Translations under genes and position numbers: made by a program
The notes under the pieces: generated by a model
Told to the model about the DNA's origin: nothing
The model's input: only the letters and a program-made list of their open reading frames with translations
Databases searched by the model: none
Part shown: positions 28,657-37,860 of the stretch, in pieces
How positions within the stretch are numbered: position 1 is the stretch's first letter
Layout: the number at the start of each line of letters is the position of its first letter
Source of the DNA: an uncultured Candidatus Saccharibacteria bacterium
GTDB taxonomy: Bacteria; Patescibacteriota; Minisyncoccia; Phycocordibacterales; CAIZLB01
DNA: 64,000 nucleotides
Direction of reading: 5' to 3'
NCBI GenBank assembly: GCA_964467385.1
Contig: CAYXQC010000002.1
Coordinates: 65,625-129,624, forward strand

Positions 28657-29634
28657 GTGACTAAAGAGCGGTGCTATACTGTATCTTACAATATGAGCGA
28701 ATCACTGAATCTTGAGACCTTGAAAAGACACTTTCTCGAGTATATTGAGATCGAAAAGGGTCGGTCTTTGAAGACAGTTGAGAATTACGACCGATATTTG
28801 AGTACTTTTTTAAATTTCCTTCAGAAAAAAGGTCCAGACGGTCAAAAAGCTATCAAAAATCCAGAATTTTTGTTGTCAGATCAGATTCGAGAATACAGAT
28901 TATGGCTAAATAGAAAGACAATTCCCAACATCAAGCATAAAGATGCTGGCCAAGGGATAAAAAAACGAACACAGAACTACTACCTTATTGCCCTTCGGTC
29001 ATTTCTGAAATATCTCACAAAACGTTCCGTAAAGTCTGTGCCTGCTGACAATATTGAACTTGCTAAGGTCCCTGAGCGATCACTCGATCTTATTTCAAGT
29101 GATGAACTTGAGCGTTTCCTTGCCGGTCCTGATAAGGAGAAAGATACCCAGAAACGCTTACGTGACAAAGCTATCCTAGAAATGTTCTTCTCGACAGGTC
29201 TTCGAGTTTCAGAGCTTTGTTCTCTTCCTCATGATATAGATCTCTCTAAGGATGAGTTTTCAGTAAGAGGAAAGGGTGAAAAAGTGCGAGTGGTTTTTTT
29301 GACTGAGGCGGCTAAAAGTGCCGTCAAAGTGTATCTTGATAAGTGTGAAAATATGACTAGTAATAAGCTTTTTCCAATCACTCCCCGCTCTGTGGAGCGT
29401 CTCGTAAAATACTATGCAGTCAAAGCTGGTATCTCTAAAAAGGTAACCCCTCATGTTATTCGTCATAGTTTTGCAACGGACTTACTCCAAAATGGTGCAG
29501 ACCTTAGATCTGTACAAGCGCTTCTCGGCCATGCAAACATTACAACTACACAGATTTATACTCACGTCACTGATCGACATCTTCGAGAGGTACACAAGAA
29601 TTTCCATAGTCGGCAGAAAGGCGTAAAAAAGTAG
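28657..29634 (+). CDS. xerD: Tyrosine site-specific recombinase XerC/XerD family
   Basis: R..H.R.Y catalytic box (HVIRHSFATDLL...LLGHANITTTQIYTHV) and an N-terminal SAM-like domain. Confidence 0.85.
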   Translation: MTKERCYTVSYNMSESLNLETLKRHFLEYIEIEKGRSLKTVENYDRYLSTFLNFLQKKGPDGQKAIKNPEFLLSDQIREYRLWLNRKTIPNIKHKDAGQGIKKRTQNYYLIALRSFLKYLTKRSVKSVPADNIELAKVPERSLDLISSDELERFLAGPDKEKDTQKRLRDKAILEMFFSTGLRVSELCSLPHDIDLSKDEFSVRGKGEKVRVVFLTEAAKSAVKVYLDKCENMTSNKLFPITPRSVERLVKYYAVKAGISKKVTPHVIRHSFATDLLQNGADLRSVQALLGHANITTTQIYTHVTDRHLREVHKNFHSRQKGVKK

Positions 29635-29702
29635 CCACTAGGTTGCAGGTTGTTTTAGATAGTGATTGTTGCAAAAATACAGTAAAATAAGGCTTATTAC
29701 AT

Positions 29703-30512
29703 ATGAAAAAGTTAAAAATCCTCTGTTGGAATGTAAATGGCATTCGTGCATGGTCAAAAAAAGGTTGTATGGACTGGGTTTTATCGGAAAAGCCAGATAT
29801 TTTTTGCTTTCAGGAGACAAAGGCTGAACGAACACAGCTTGACGAGACGCTTCTGTGCCAAGATGGTTATGAGTGTTATTTTGAACACTCTCGGACACGA
29901 AAAGGTTATAGTGGTGTGGCAATTTACACCAAAATTGCACCTGAGAAAGTTGAAACGGGGCTTATTTTAAAAGATGAAAATGGAAAATCAGTAGCTGACC
30001 AAGAGGGTCGCTATATGGAGATGCACTTCAAAGATTTAATCTTAATAAATTGCTACTTCCCTAATGGAGGCGGTGAATCACATCGGCTCGAATATAAACT
30101 TAGATTTTACGAGGCTTTCTTGACTCGGGTGCTTGAGCTTCAAAATGATTCTAAAAATAAGGACAAAAAGGTTATTTTCTGTGGCGATGTAAATGTCGCT
30201 CATACAGAAATAGACATTGCACGTCCTAAGGAAAATGAAAATCATGTCGGTTTCCTACCTGTTGAACGCGCCTGGGTAGACAAGGTCACAAATGCCGGAT
30301 TTATAGACACTTTCCGTGCTCTTAATCCTGACGCTCGAGATGTATATACATGGTGGGATGTAAAGAGTGCTGCTCGTGATAGAAACATTGGCTGGAGAAT
30401 CGACTATTTTTTTATTAACAAAGATTCTTTTGAGGATGTAACCAGTATGCAGATCCATACTGATGTTTTTGGGTCAGACCATTGTCCTATCTCACTCGAA
30501 GTTAAAATTTAA
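29703..30512 (+). CDS. xth: Exodeoxyribonuclease III (AP endonuclease)
   Basis: CWNVNGIRAW N-terminus and EEP-fold motifs (FCFQETK, GSDHCPI). Confidence 0.9.
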   Translation: MKKLKILCWNVNGIRAWSKKGCMDWVLSEKPDIFCFQETKAERTQLDETLLCQDGYECYFEHSRTRKGYSGVAIYTKIAPEKVETGLILKDENGKSVADQEGRYMEMHFKDLILINCYFPNGGGESHRLEYKLRFYEAFLTRVLELQNDSKNKDKKVIFCGDVNVAHTEIDIARPKENENHVGFLPVERAWVDKVTNAGFIDTFRALNPDARDVYTWWDVKSAARDRNIGWRIDYFFINKDSFEDVTSMQIHTDVFGSDHCPISLEVKI

Positions 30513-31147
30513 GTGTACAGTTTAAGAATTTTAAAATTAAATACGATAAATTGCATGATTTTTTAATCGCAAAAATTGTAACTGTGGATAACTTAAATTT
30601 CGCATTAATAAAGGACATTACTGTTACCATAGCGTGGCTTATATAAAGGACATTACGGCACAAAAATAATAAGATAGTGAAAACAAAAAAGAGAACAAAT
30701 GTCCTTTACATATTTTATAAAAGACATACAATAGTAATCAGATGAGCGTTCGGCATTGAAGCAACTGCTCTTTCAAAAAATAAAAGACACAACAGTACGA
30801 GTTTACTGAGGTCTACAGGGATTCAAGATATGAGACAATTCCCCAACATATCTTAAATTTTTTGGAATTCGTCCGAATTCTTATTTCTCTGCACTCCCTT
30901 GAGTAATATACGTCAGTTTCGTGTCGAAAGGTTTCCGGTCAAAAGACCGGTGCACTTGGCGCATTTTGTTTGGTTTGGTTAGTTATTAATTAATCAATTT
31001 TTGTTTGTTTTGTTCTTTGGTCCCCTTTGGTTCCTCTCCGTCGCCTCGCTTGCCCGGTCTTTTTTGTTTCCTGATTTTTTAATAAAGAAAAGCACGTCTC
31101 TTGTATAACGTGTTTCCTGTGTAACATGCACTTTTTTGAGTAAGTTT

Positions 31148-32632
31148 CTACTTTACACTATGTTTAGCTAAAATTTTCTCTATTTCATCTTTTTCAGCCT
31201 TATCTCTAGCCTTTTTTCCACTATCTGCCCTATTTTTGAGTGTGGCGGTATCAAGTTTATTTAGTTCATTTGCCATATCAGTAAGTGTTACATGGGTATT
31301 TTTTTCAGGTGCTTCTAGGACCTCTTCGAGGATCGCTGCCAATATATACCCTATTCTCGGTCCAGGTTCCACGTGTAACGTGTTAATTAGGTCGTTTCCG
31401 TTAATCTTGAGCATTGAAACCGATATAGGATCACGGAGAACCTGATCAATCATGGCTGTGTACTTTCGAAGTCGATATGGATTCTCCTTTGGTCGCCCCG
31501 TTCCCACTCGGTCGCACACTCGAAGGTTCATAAGGCTCCAGATATTCTCCTTACCTACATTTGCAACCATTCGACGTACGGCAGAAAGCGATATCTGCTC
31601 AGTATCAGAGAAAAACATGTGCCATCGTACAAATGTATATACCAAATCAATAACCTTGTTAGAGTAATGGAGTCTATTTAGAATGTCTTTTGCCATTGTC
31701 GCGCCGATAACTTCGTGCCCGTAGAAGGTATAATCCCCTTTCTCCCTAGAGAAACGTCGAGATTTAGGTTTACCAATGTCGTGTAACAAAGCCGCAAGAC
31801 GAACTTCAAATGGGTATTTCTTGTCTGCTGCACACTGAAGGCTTCGTAGGAGGTGCTCAAAGACATCATATGAATGAGCTTGATTTTGTTTCGTGTGTAA
31901 CCCTTCCTCGAGCTCTGGGAGAATATACTTGAGGATTCCAACTTTTTGGCACATAAATAGTGCAATCATCGGGTTATCAGACATTATAATCTTTGTGAAC
32001 TCATCTCGAATGCGCTCCTTGGCAATCTTCCCTAACATTTCATGTGAAACACTAATTGCAGCTAAAGTACCCATGTTAATCGTGAAACCAAGTTCGGCAG
32101 ATAGGCGAACTGCGCGCATAATGCGCAAGCCATCCTCTCGAAATCGTGTTTCAGGATTACCTACACATCGGATAATCTTATTTTTGATATCCTCTTCCCC
32201 GCCGAACATATCTACGTAGATGTCTCTTATTGGATCATAAGCAATGGCGTTGATTGTGAAGTCTCTTCGTCCTAAATCGTCCTTTATATCCTTACTAAAA
32301 GACACGCTATCCGGCCGTCGGCCATCGCTATATGTGGACTCTGTCCGATAAGGTGTAACTTCTACTATAAAAGACTCATCCCCTTCGTACACTACACCAA
32401 CTGTCCCGTAAGTATTTTCATAAAACGTTTTGTCAAAAAGCTTGATAATCTCTTCTGGGTTGGCGTCTGTGGTAACGTCCCAATCTTTTGGTTCCCTTCC
32501 GATAAGGATATCTCGTACTGAACCACCAACAATAAAGGACTCAAACCCTCCATTTTGAAGGGTTTTGCAGATATTCATCACCTTCTCTGGGATAAGGTGC
32601 TTCGATTTTAGGATTCGGTGTTCGCTCATCAC
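31148..32632 (-). CDS. cca: CCA-adding enzyme / poly(A) polymerase family tRNA nucleotidyltransferase with an HD domain
   Basis: GGSVRD nucleotidyltransferase motif and an HD domain (LAALLHDIGK). Confidence 0.85.
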   Translation of the reverse strand: MMSEHRILKSKHLIPEKVMNICKTLQNGGFESFIVGGSVRDILIGREPKDWDVTTDANPEEIIKLFDKTFYENTYGTVGVVYEGDESFIVEVTPYRTESTYSDGRRPDSVSFSKDIKDDLGRRDFTINAIAYDPIRDIYVDMFGGEEDIKNKIIRCVGNPETRFREDGLRIMRAVRLSAELGFTINMGTLAAISVSHEMLGKIAKERIRDEFTKIIMSDNPMIALFMCQKVGILKYILPELEEGLHTKQNQAHSYDVFEHLLRSLQCAADKKYPFEVRLAALLHDIGKPKSRRFSREKGDYTFYGHEVIGATMAKDILNRLHYSNKVIDLVYTFVRWHMFFSDTEQISLSAVRRMVANVGKENIWSLMNLRVCDRVGTGRPKENPYRLRKYTAMIDQVLRDPISVSMLKINGNDLINTLHVEPGPRIGYILAAILEEVLEAPEKNTHVTLTDMANELNKLDTATLKNRADSGKKARDKAEKDEIEKILAKHSVK

Positions 32633-32695
32633 TAAGATAGTAATACAGAGTTTGATTTTTTGCTATTTTAATGTACTATTGTCGTTACCATAAAT

Positions 32696-32767
32696 GCACC
32701 TATGGTGAAATGGATATCACAACGGTCTTCGGAACCGTTATTCTAGGTTCGAATCCTGGTGGGTGCA
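32696..32767 (+). tRNA. tRNA-Arg (anticodon TCG)
   Basis: Hand-folded cloverleaf: 7-bp acceptor GCACCTA/TGGGTGC, anticodon stem ACGGT/ACCGT with loop CTTCGGA, T-loop TTCGAAT. Confidence 0.75.
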
Positions 32768-32834
32768 CAAGCTTTGCTTAAATACCCTATCCAATGCAAA
32801 ATTGATAAGGCATTTATCAGTAAGCGTAAAATAA

Positions 32835-32905
32835 GCGGTTATGGTTTAGTGGTAGAATGCGTCCTTGCCAAGGACGAGACGGGAGTTCGATTCTCCCTAA
32901 CCGCA
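32835..32905 (+). tRNA. tRNA-Gly (anticodon GCC)
   Basis: Acceptor GCGGTTA/TAACCGC, D-loop AGTGGTA, anticodon stem CGTCC/GGACG with loop TTGCCAA, T-loop TTCGATT. Confidence 0.75.
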
Positions 32906-33422
32906 CAATTTGGTCTCGGACTTATAAATGACTAAAATGTCAAAAATACACAAAAAACTGTCTTTATGGGGCAGTTTTTTATTACTTGCAGTTGGGAAAA
33001 TGTGTAAAACTGTGGATAACTAAGTGGATATGTGTATAAAAGACGTCCGTTATGGTGTCCTATAAATGAAGGATTTTAGGGGTTGAAAAGTCAATATTAT
33101 GGCTATGAATAAGGGTTTTAAGGAATTCAGCTACTTAAAAGCCATCCGAATGAGACAATTTTCAGGCATAAAGGCCAAATATATGTTTCACGTGCTACAT
33201 ATATAACTTTATAGATAGGTGTTACATGTGGAACAAGCTATTTTGCTTGAAAATAGGCTTTAAATCGATGTTTTGGTGGTAGTACGGACCTTGTTTCATG
33301 ATTAACATGATTGCTTGTGTATTATTCTGGCCTATGCGGCACAGATTATTGCAGCAAGAGTCCTATATAGGTTGAGAAAATCTTTATATAAGTTTCATGT
33401 TAAACATGTAAGCTTTAGTTTA

Positions 33423-33923
33423 ATGAATAATAAAAGGGTAAGAAGGGCGAAACACAATATAAGGATAGGTCGAATAGGAGAGTTAATAGCCTCTAAATAT
33501 CTGGAAAAGGCCAGTTTCTCCATTCTGACCTGTAATTTAAGGCTTAAAGGGGGAGAAGTGGACATTTTGGCCTATAAGAAACCTGATCATTATGTCTTTG
33601 AAATAAAGACATTGTATGTGCAGGAGTATATGCATGATGGATTGTCCAATGAGACTGAATGTAACCCTTGGGCGCCGGAGAATAACCTAAATAATTTGAA
33701 GATTAGAAAGTTGAGGCAACTAGGGAAGTCTTTGAGGATTTTTACTGGGTCAGAATTTGTTCGCATATGTGGGCTAGCCATAAGAATTGTAGCCAGTGAC
33801 CGTGTTACACCTGAAACATTTGATGAGGAAGATCCGGTTCTTGAGTCTTCGCGAATCAAAGATTTTCTTAAGGGAGCAAGAATATTCATTAAAAGATATG
33901 ACGACATTATCTGTACCTTTTAA
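33423..33923 (+). CDS. YraN/UPF0102-family endonuclease-like protein. The ORF-track start at 33315 is probably over-extended
   Basis: RIGRIGELIASKYLE...GGEVDILAYKK...VFEIKT matches the YraN pattern G.GE..A..YL ... GE(I/V)D(L/I)(I/L)A ... V.VE(V/I)K. Confidence 0.55.
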   Translation: MNNKRVRRAKHNIRIGRIGELIASKYLEKASFSILTCNLRLKGGEVDILAYKKPDHYVFEIKTLYVQEYMHDGLSNETECNPWAPENNLNNLKIRKLRQLGKSLRIFTGSEFVRICGLAIRIVASDRVTPETFDEEDPVLESSRIKDFLKGARIFIKRYDDIICTF

Positions 33924-33956
33924 TTAGATGTTATCTATGTTATATTGCACATCATT

Positions 33957-34029
33957 CGGGGCGTGGTGTAACGGCTAACATACCTGTTTTGGGAACAGGT
34001 GACTTCGGGTTCGAATCCCGACGCCCCGA
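33957..34029 (+). tRNA. tRNA-Pro (anticodon TGG)
   Basis: Acceptor CGGGGCG/CGCCCCG, anticodon stem CCTGT/ACAGG with loop TTTGGGA, T-arm TCGGG-TTCGAAT-CCCGA. Confidence 0.75.
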
Positions 34030-34085
34030 CATTTAGGATATTTAGTGGAGTCTTTAGATACTAATTTTATAAAATCAATACAAAG

Positions 34086-34394
34086 ATGTTTAAAAAGAAT
34101 ACTGAGGATTTTGAGTGCGAAAATTGTCACGTTGCTGTAAAAGGGGATGGGTATACCAATCATTGTCCGAATTGCCTATATAGCAAGCATGTTGATGTTG
34201 AGCCTGGCGACAGAATGGCCCTCTGTAAAGGTATTATGCAACCTGTGTGGATTGAAGGTATTGATGGGAAGTACAAAATAACTCACAGTTGCAGAAAGTG
34301 TGGTCACAAAAAGGTGAATAAAGTATCTGATAAAGATAATTTTGATGTAGTGGCTAAGATTGCAAAGGAAAGAAATCCTGATTTGCTCAAATAG
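34086..34394 (+). CDS. RNHCP-domain-like Cys-rich small protein
   Basis: 102 aa with CENCH, (T)NHCPNC and C..C motifs, the spacing of a zinc-ribbon/RNHCP domain. Confidence 0.45.
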   Translation: MFKKNTEDFECENCHVAVKGDGYTNHCPNCLYSKHVDVEPGDRMALCKGIMQPVWIEGIDGKYKITHSCRKCGHKKVNKVSDKDNFDVVAKIAKERNPDLLK

Positions 34395-34411
34395 CCCGCA
34401 GCTTGGCCGTA

Positions 34412-35665
34412 TTATTTAATATATCGGTAGAGATCTTCTCGATATGTTCGATCGAAATATGTTTTTAAATTGATCAATGAGCTTGGGTAATTTGCCAAGT
34501 CATATAAGTCAATAGAAGTGTTCTGGTTATCTCGATTCTGGCTATCTGTAAGGCTTTCAGCGAGTGTTTTGTTTATGTGTTCGATTGTGATTGCTCGGAT
34601 ATTAGCTTTTCCTGAAATTGATGAGTTAACTGTAGTTGTGATCATTCCTAAAAGTCGCCCATAAGAATCAACGATTGCACCACCTGACGAACCTTTTTGT
34701 CCTGCGAAGCTTGGACTGGTTTCGATAACATCGAGATCTGTTATGCCTAGAGAATATGTCCGATTGATACTCAGGTCTTCTTTAACGATAGGTAAATTAG
34801 CATTTACACCTTTTTCACCTAGGACATTTGCTGGATATGAGAGGGAATAGATCGGCTGACCAGTTGTCAAAAGGGAATCGTTTGAGAGAAGTGTACTTGG
34901 AGAATTCTCGGATTTTAGAGGTAAAGGCGTGAGAGAATTTTTGTTTGACTTTGGCAATTCGTCCATATTTATAGCCAAAATAGCGAAATCTCCCTTGCCG
35001 GTCTGGAGGGGATTCTCAGTGCTTGAATATGGACCGTACTGCATTATCCAACCAGGAGAAATGAAAACCGTTTTTATAGACAGCGCACCAGTTGCCGGAT
35101 CGCCATACCGAGCGATACAAGAAACTGAACTATCTTTTTCTGATAGGAATGGGAATTCAGCAACATGGGCATTTGTAAGCACGGTTCCGTTTTGATTTAT
35201 CAAAATACCGCTCCCTGTAACGGTTTTTCGAAGCTTTCCAATTTTTTGCGTACAAAAAATATTTACGATATGAGTTGATTTATCGGTGTTTGGATTAGTT
35301 GCAACCAGAGTCGCTGGTGCAGGGATGAGAGAGGGGATACTCGAGGTGCTTTGTGTCAACGGTACTCTCGGTGTGGCTTGTGTCGTTGGTGACACTGGTG
35401 CAATAGGGGAAATGGTTGGTAAAAAGTCATATATAGGAGCAACCAGTTGAAGATATGATTTAGGATTAATTGAGAAAAAATTGAAGGTGTTTTGAGAAAG
35501 ACTTTTGACCTTAGATTCAATAACTTTTGTTATTTGTGAAACTCCGGTTGTAACCGAGCTAAGCTGATTCGAAAATGAACTAGCTAGATTGAGATCGGGG
35601 ATAGCGACGGTTGTAGCAAAGGCGATTGCAAAAATTGCCAAAGATAGAGGTAAAATAGTTTTCAT
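34412..35665 (-). CDS. Secreted trypsin-like (S1) serine protease
   Basis: Signal peptide, His-box TNAHV, catalytic Ser motif GSSGGAIV, and a Pro/Thr-rich linker. Confidence 0.75.
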   Translation of the reverse strand: MKTILPLSLAIFAIAFATTVAIPDLNLASSFSNQLSSVTTGVSQITKVIESKVKSLSQNTFNFFSINPKSYLQLVAPIYDFLPTISPIAPVSPTTQATPRVPLTQSTSSIPSLIPAPATLVATNPNTDKSTHIVNIFCTQKIGKLRKTVTGSGILINQNGTVLTNAHVAEFPFLSEKDSSVSCIARYGDPATGALSIKTVFISPGWIMQYGPYSSTENPLQTGKGDFAILAINMDELPKSNKNSLTPLPLKSENSPSTLLSNDSLLTTGQPIYSLSYPANVLGEKGVNANLPIVKEDLSINRTYSLGITDLDVIETSPSFAGQKGSSGGAIVDSYGRLLGMITTTVNSSISGKANIRAITIEHINKTLAESLTDSQNRDNQNTSIDLYDLANYPSSLINLKTYFDRTYREDLYRYIK

Positions 35666-35782
35666 TCAGCAAATTATATCAAATAATCGTCAAGTATTGT
35701 TTTAGACACCCTGCTTTGCTATAGTATGCTCACGTTGCGTTTTGGTAGTTGTGGTTAGCATCAGTCTATACGCGCAAAGTTT

Positions 35783-35853
35783 GCGGGATTGGTTTAGTGG
35801 TAGAATGACTGCCTTCCAAGCAGTAGACAAGGGTTCGATTCCCTTATCCCGCA
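35783..35853 (+). tRNA. tRNA-Gly (anticodon TCC)
   Basis: Acceptor GCGGGAT/ATCCCGC, anticodon stem CTGCC/GGCAG region with loop CTTCCAA, T-loop TTCGATT. It is followed by a hairpin and T-run at 35866..35891. Confidence 0.75.
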
Positions 35854-36006
35854 CAGTAATATAAAAGAGCGAGAACAAATCTCGCTCTTTTATATTACCT
35901 ATATGGATAATGGGATGAGAAAGCCGGACTGAAGTTGTGCAGTGAGCGAAGCGAAGCACAACGAAGGAGGCGGGGTCGACGGGACTTTTTGTGGAGCAAA
36001 AAGGAA

Positions 36007-36033
36007 CCGGTGACCGATTCCCTTATCCCGCAC
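36007..36033 (+). repeat. Direct repeat of the tRNA-Gly(TCC) 3' end (20/20 nt), candidate att-site remnant
   Basis: CGATTCCCTTATCCCGCACA at 36014..36033 duplicates 35836..35855 exactly, T-arm 3' half through discriminator +2. The upstream extension CGGTGACCGATTCCCT recurs at 36193..36208. Confidence 0.55.
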
Positions 36034-36192
36034 AAAATGAAAAGGTCCGGATTTGCTCCGGGCTTTTTCATTTTGCTACTGGATGTGCAAATCGAAAGGT
36101 GGAGCGCACTCTGCGAAGCAAAGTCTGTTTGCGGCAGTAAACGGAAGCGATCCAGAGTTGCAGAAATTTCTGAGCAACGGTGAATAAATTAT

Positions 36193-36210
36193 CGGTGACT
36201 GATTCCCTCA
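36193..36210 (+). repeat. Third, degenerate copy of the tRNA-Gly 3'-end-derived repeat
   Basis: CGGTGACTGATTCCCTCA matches 36007..36024 at 16/18 positions. Confidence 0.45.
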
Positions 36211-36250
36211 ACATTTCCTTATTTATATAATTTTGCTAAATTAAATCCCA

Positions 36251-37180
36251 ATGCACATACTCATTACCGGCGGGGAAGGATTCATTGGAGGGTATATAAA
36301 AAGAAATTTAACGCAAAGCGCGGCCAACAAAATCGCTGCTAACAAAACAAACGCCGTTGAAATTGAAATCCTGGAAACAATCGACACCTACGACATTAAA
36401 TCCGGCGAAGAAAAAGATATTCTCAACATAGAAAATCTCGCTAAAATAATTACGACGAACAAAATAGATTCTGTTTTCCATTGCGCAGCTAAAATATCTG
36501 TTCCGGAAAGTTTTATACAAAAAGAATACTACGATTTGGTAAATATTAACGGCACAGAGAATGTTTTCAACATAGTCGAGCAAAACAATACAAAGATAGT
36601 ATTCTCAAGCAGTGCGGCTGTGTATGGCGAATGCGACAGTAAAGTAAAAGAAGATTTCGTGCTAAATCCACAATCACCGTATGCAGATGAAAAAAAGAAA
36701 GGAGAGGAAATTCTAGCGAGAGGAGCTGGCGACAAAAATATGTATCACATTGCACTTCGATACTTCAATGTCTACGGCCCTGGGCAATCTCCAGAATATG
36801 CTGGTGTGATAACACATTTTATTCGTGCTGCGCTTAAGGGTGAAGATATTGTTATCTTTGGTAATGGAAATGCTGTACGTGATTTTGTTTTCGTGGAAGA
36901 TGTTGCTCGCGCGAATGTGATGGCGATGAATTATCCGAATACTCAATTTGAAATTTTCAATATTGGCAGTGGTGCAGAAACTAAGGTAAAAGATTTGGCA
37001 GAAATGATTATTAAATTAACCAATTCTCCTTCGCAAATCGTATATAAGGAACCACGAATGGGGGATATTGTGTATTCATGCGCAGATGTTTCAAAAGCCA
37101 AAAGCATTCTTGGATTCGAAACGAAAGTTTCTCTTGAGGAAGGTTTGAAAAAGACTATTGAATATTTTCGTACACATTAA
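36251..37180 (+). CDS. NAD-dependent nucleoside-diphosphate-sugar epimerase/dehydratase (SDR family)
   Basis: Rossmann motif ILITGGEGFIGG and catalytic YxxxK (YADEKKK). An Ala/Asn-rich low-complexity insert follows the N-terminal motif. Confidence 0.85.
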   Translation: MHILITGGEGFIGGYIKRNLTQSAANKIAANKTNAVEIEILETIDTYDIKSGEEKDILNIENLAKIITTNKIDSVFHCAAKISVPESFIQKEYYDLVNINGTENVFNIVEQNNTKIVFSSSAAVYGECDSKVKEDFVLNPQSPYADEKKKGEEILARGAGDKNMYHIALRYFNVYGPGQSPEYAGVITHFIRAALKGEDIVIFGNGNAVRDFVFVEDVARANVMAMNYPNTQFEIFNIGSGAETKVKDLAEMIIKLTNSPSQIVYKEPRMGDIVYSCADVSKAKSILGFETKVSLEEGLKKTIEYFRTH

Positions 37181-37403
37181 TTTTTTGCATAACTAAATTT
37201 CTAAAAACTAAAATCCCCACTCATTTCTGAGTAAGGGACCTTAGTAAGTGTGACGAATTGTGTTTTCCCGCAAAGCCTTCTGTATATAACGTACGTCGAG
37301 CTTTGCACAAACAATTCTTTATCGATCTAACCAACTTGCTAACCATTTTAACTATCACGAAAGTGAAAACGTGATACTAAATCTTGAGTGACCAAACTTA
37401 AAT

Positions 37404-37676
37404 TTAGTTGATTGCGTCTTTGAGTCCTTTCGCTGCTCGGAACTTGGCTACTTTCATAGCTGCAACCTTAACCATTTCACCAGTTCGTGGGTTTCGTGCT
37501 GTTCGAGCTGCTCGTGTTTTTGCAGAAAAAATACCGAAGCCTGCAACTGAAACTTCTTCGCCTCTCTTGAGAGTTGCGATAATGTTATCAAACACTGCAT
37601 CTACGATTTGTTCTGCTTGTACTTTTGTTGTTCCAAGTACTCCGTGTACTTTTTCAACTAGTGCTGCTTTATTCAT
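37404..37676 (-). CDS. hup: DNA-binding protein HU
   Basis: 90 aa with the canonical HU arm (GFGIFSAKTRAARTARNPRTGE). Confidence 0.9.
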   Translation of the reverse strand: MNKAALVEKVHGVLGTTKVQAEQIVDAVFDNIIATLKRGEEVSVAGFGIFSAKTRAARTARNPRTGEMVKVAAMKVAKFRAAKGLKDAIN

Positions 37677-37860
37677 GAACTTTGTTTAATTGTTATTTTG
37701 CTAAAGGTCGACCCTTTGTTCTTTCCGTGATTTAAGTATATAACAACCCCTATTTTAGGCAATATTTATAAGGCTTAAATGGAATTCTCGGAAAATTTGC
37801 CTATTTTTAATCTCTGTTTTATGAAGTTTTAATAACTGTGAGACGATCCTCTTGCGACTA

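Noticed and set aside
30513-31147. Possible RNase P RNA, tmRNA, SRP RNA or 6S RNA in the long xth-cca spacer
   Set aside because: I found none of the diagnostic conserved strings by eye. These would be the P4 GGAAAGUCCGG-type motif, the tmRNA tag reading frame with GGUUCGAUUCC 3' end, or the SRP domain IV GGAAGCAGCC motif. The spacer is kept only as an unclassified candidate ncRNA region.
35935-36183. 82-aa plus-strand ORF (MCSERSEAQRRRRGRRDF...) in the tRNA-Gly repeat region
   Set aside because: It spans the att-like repeats and long hairpins. The Arg-rich translation looks like read-through of structured non-coding DNA. It is treated as non-coding.
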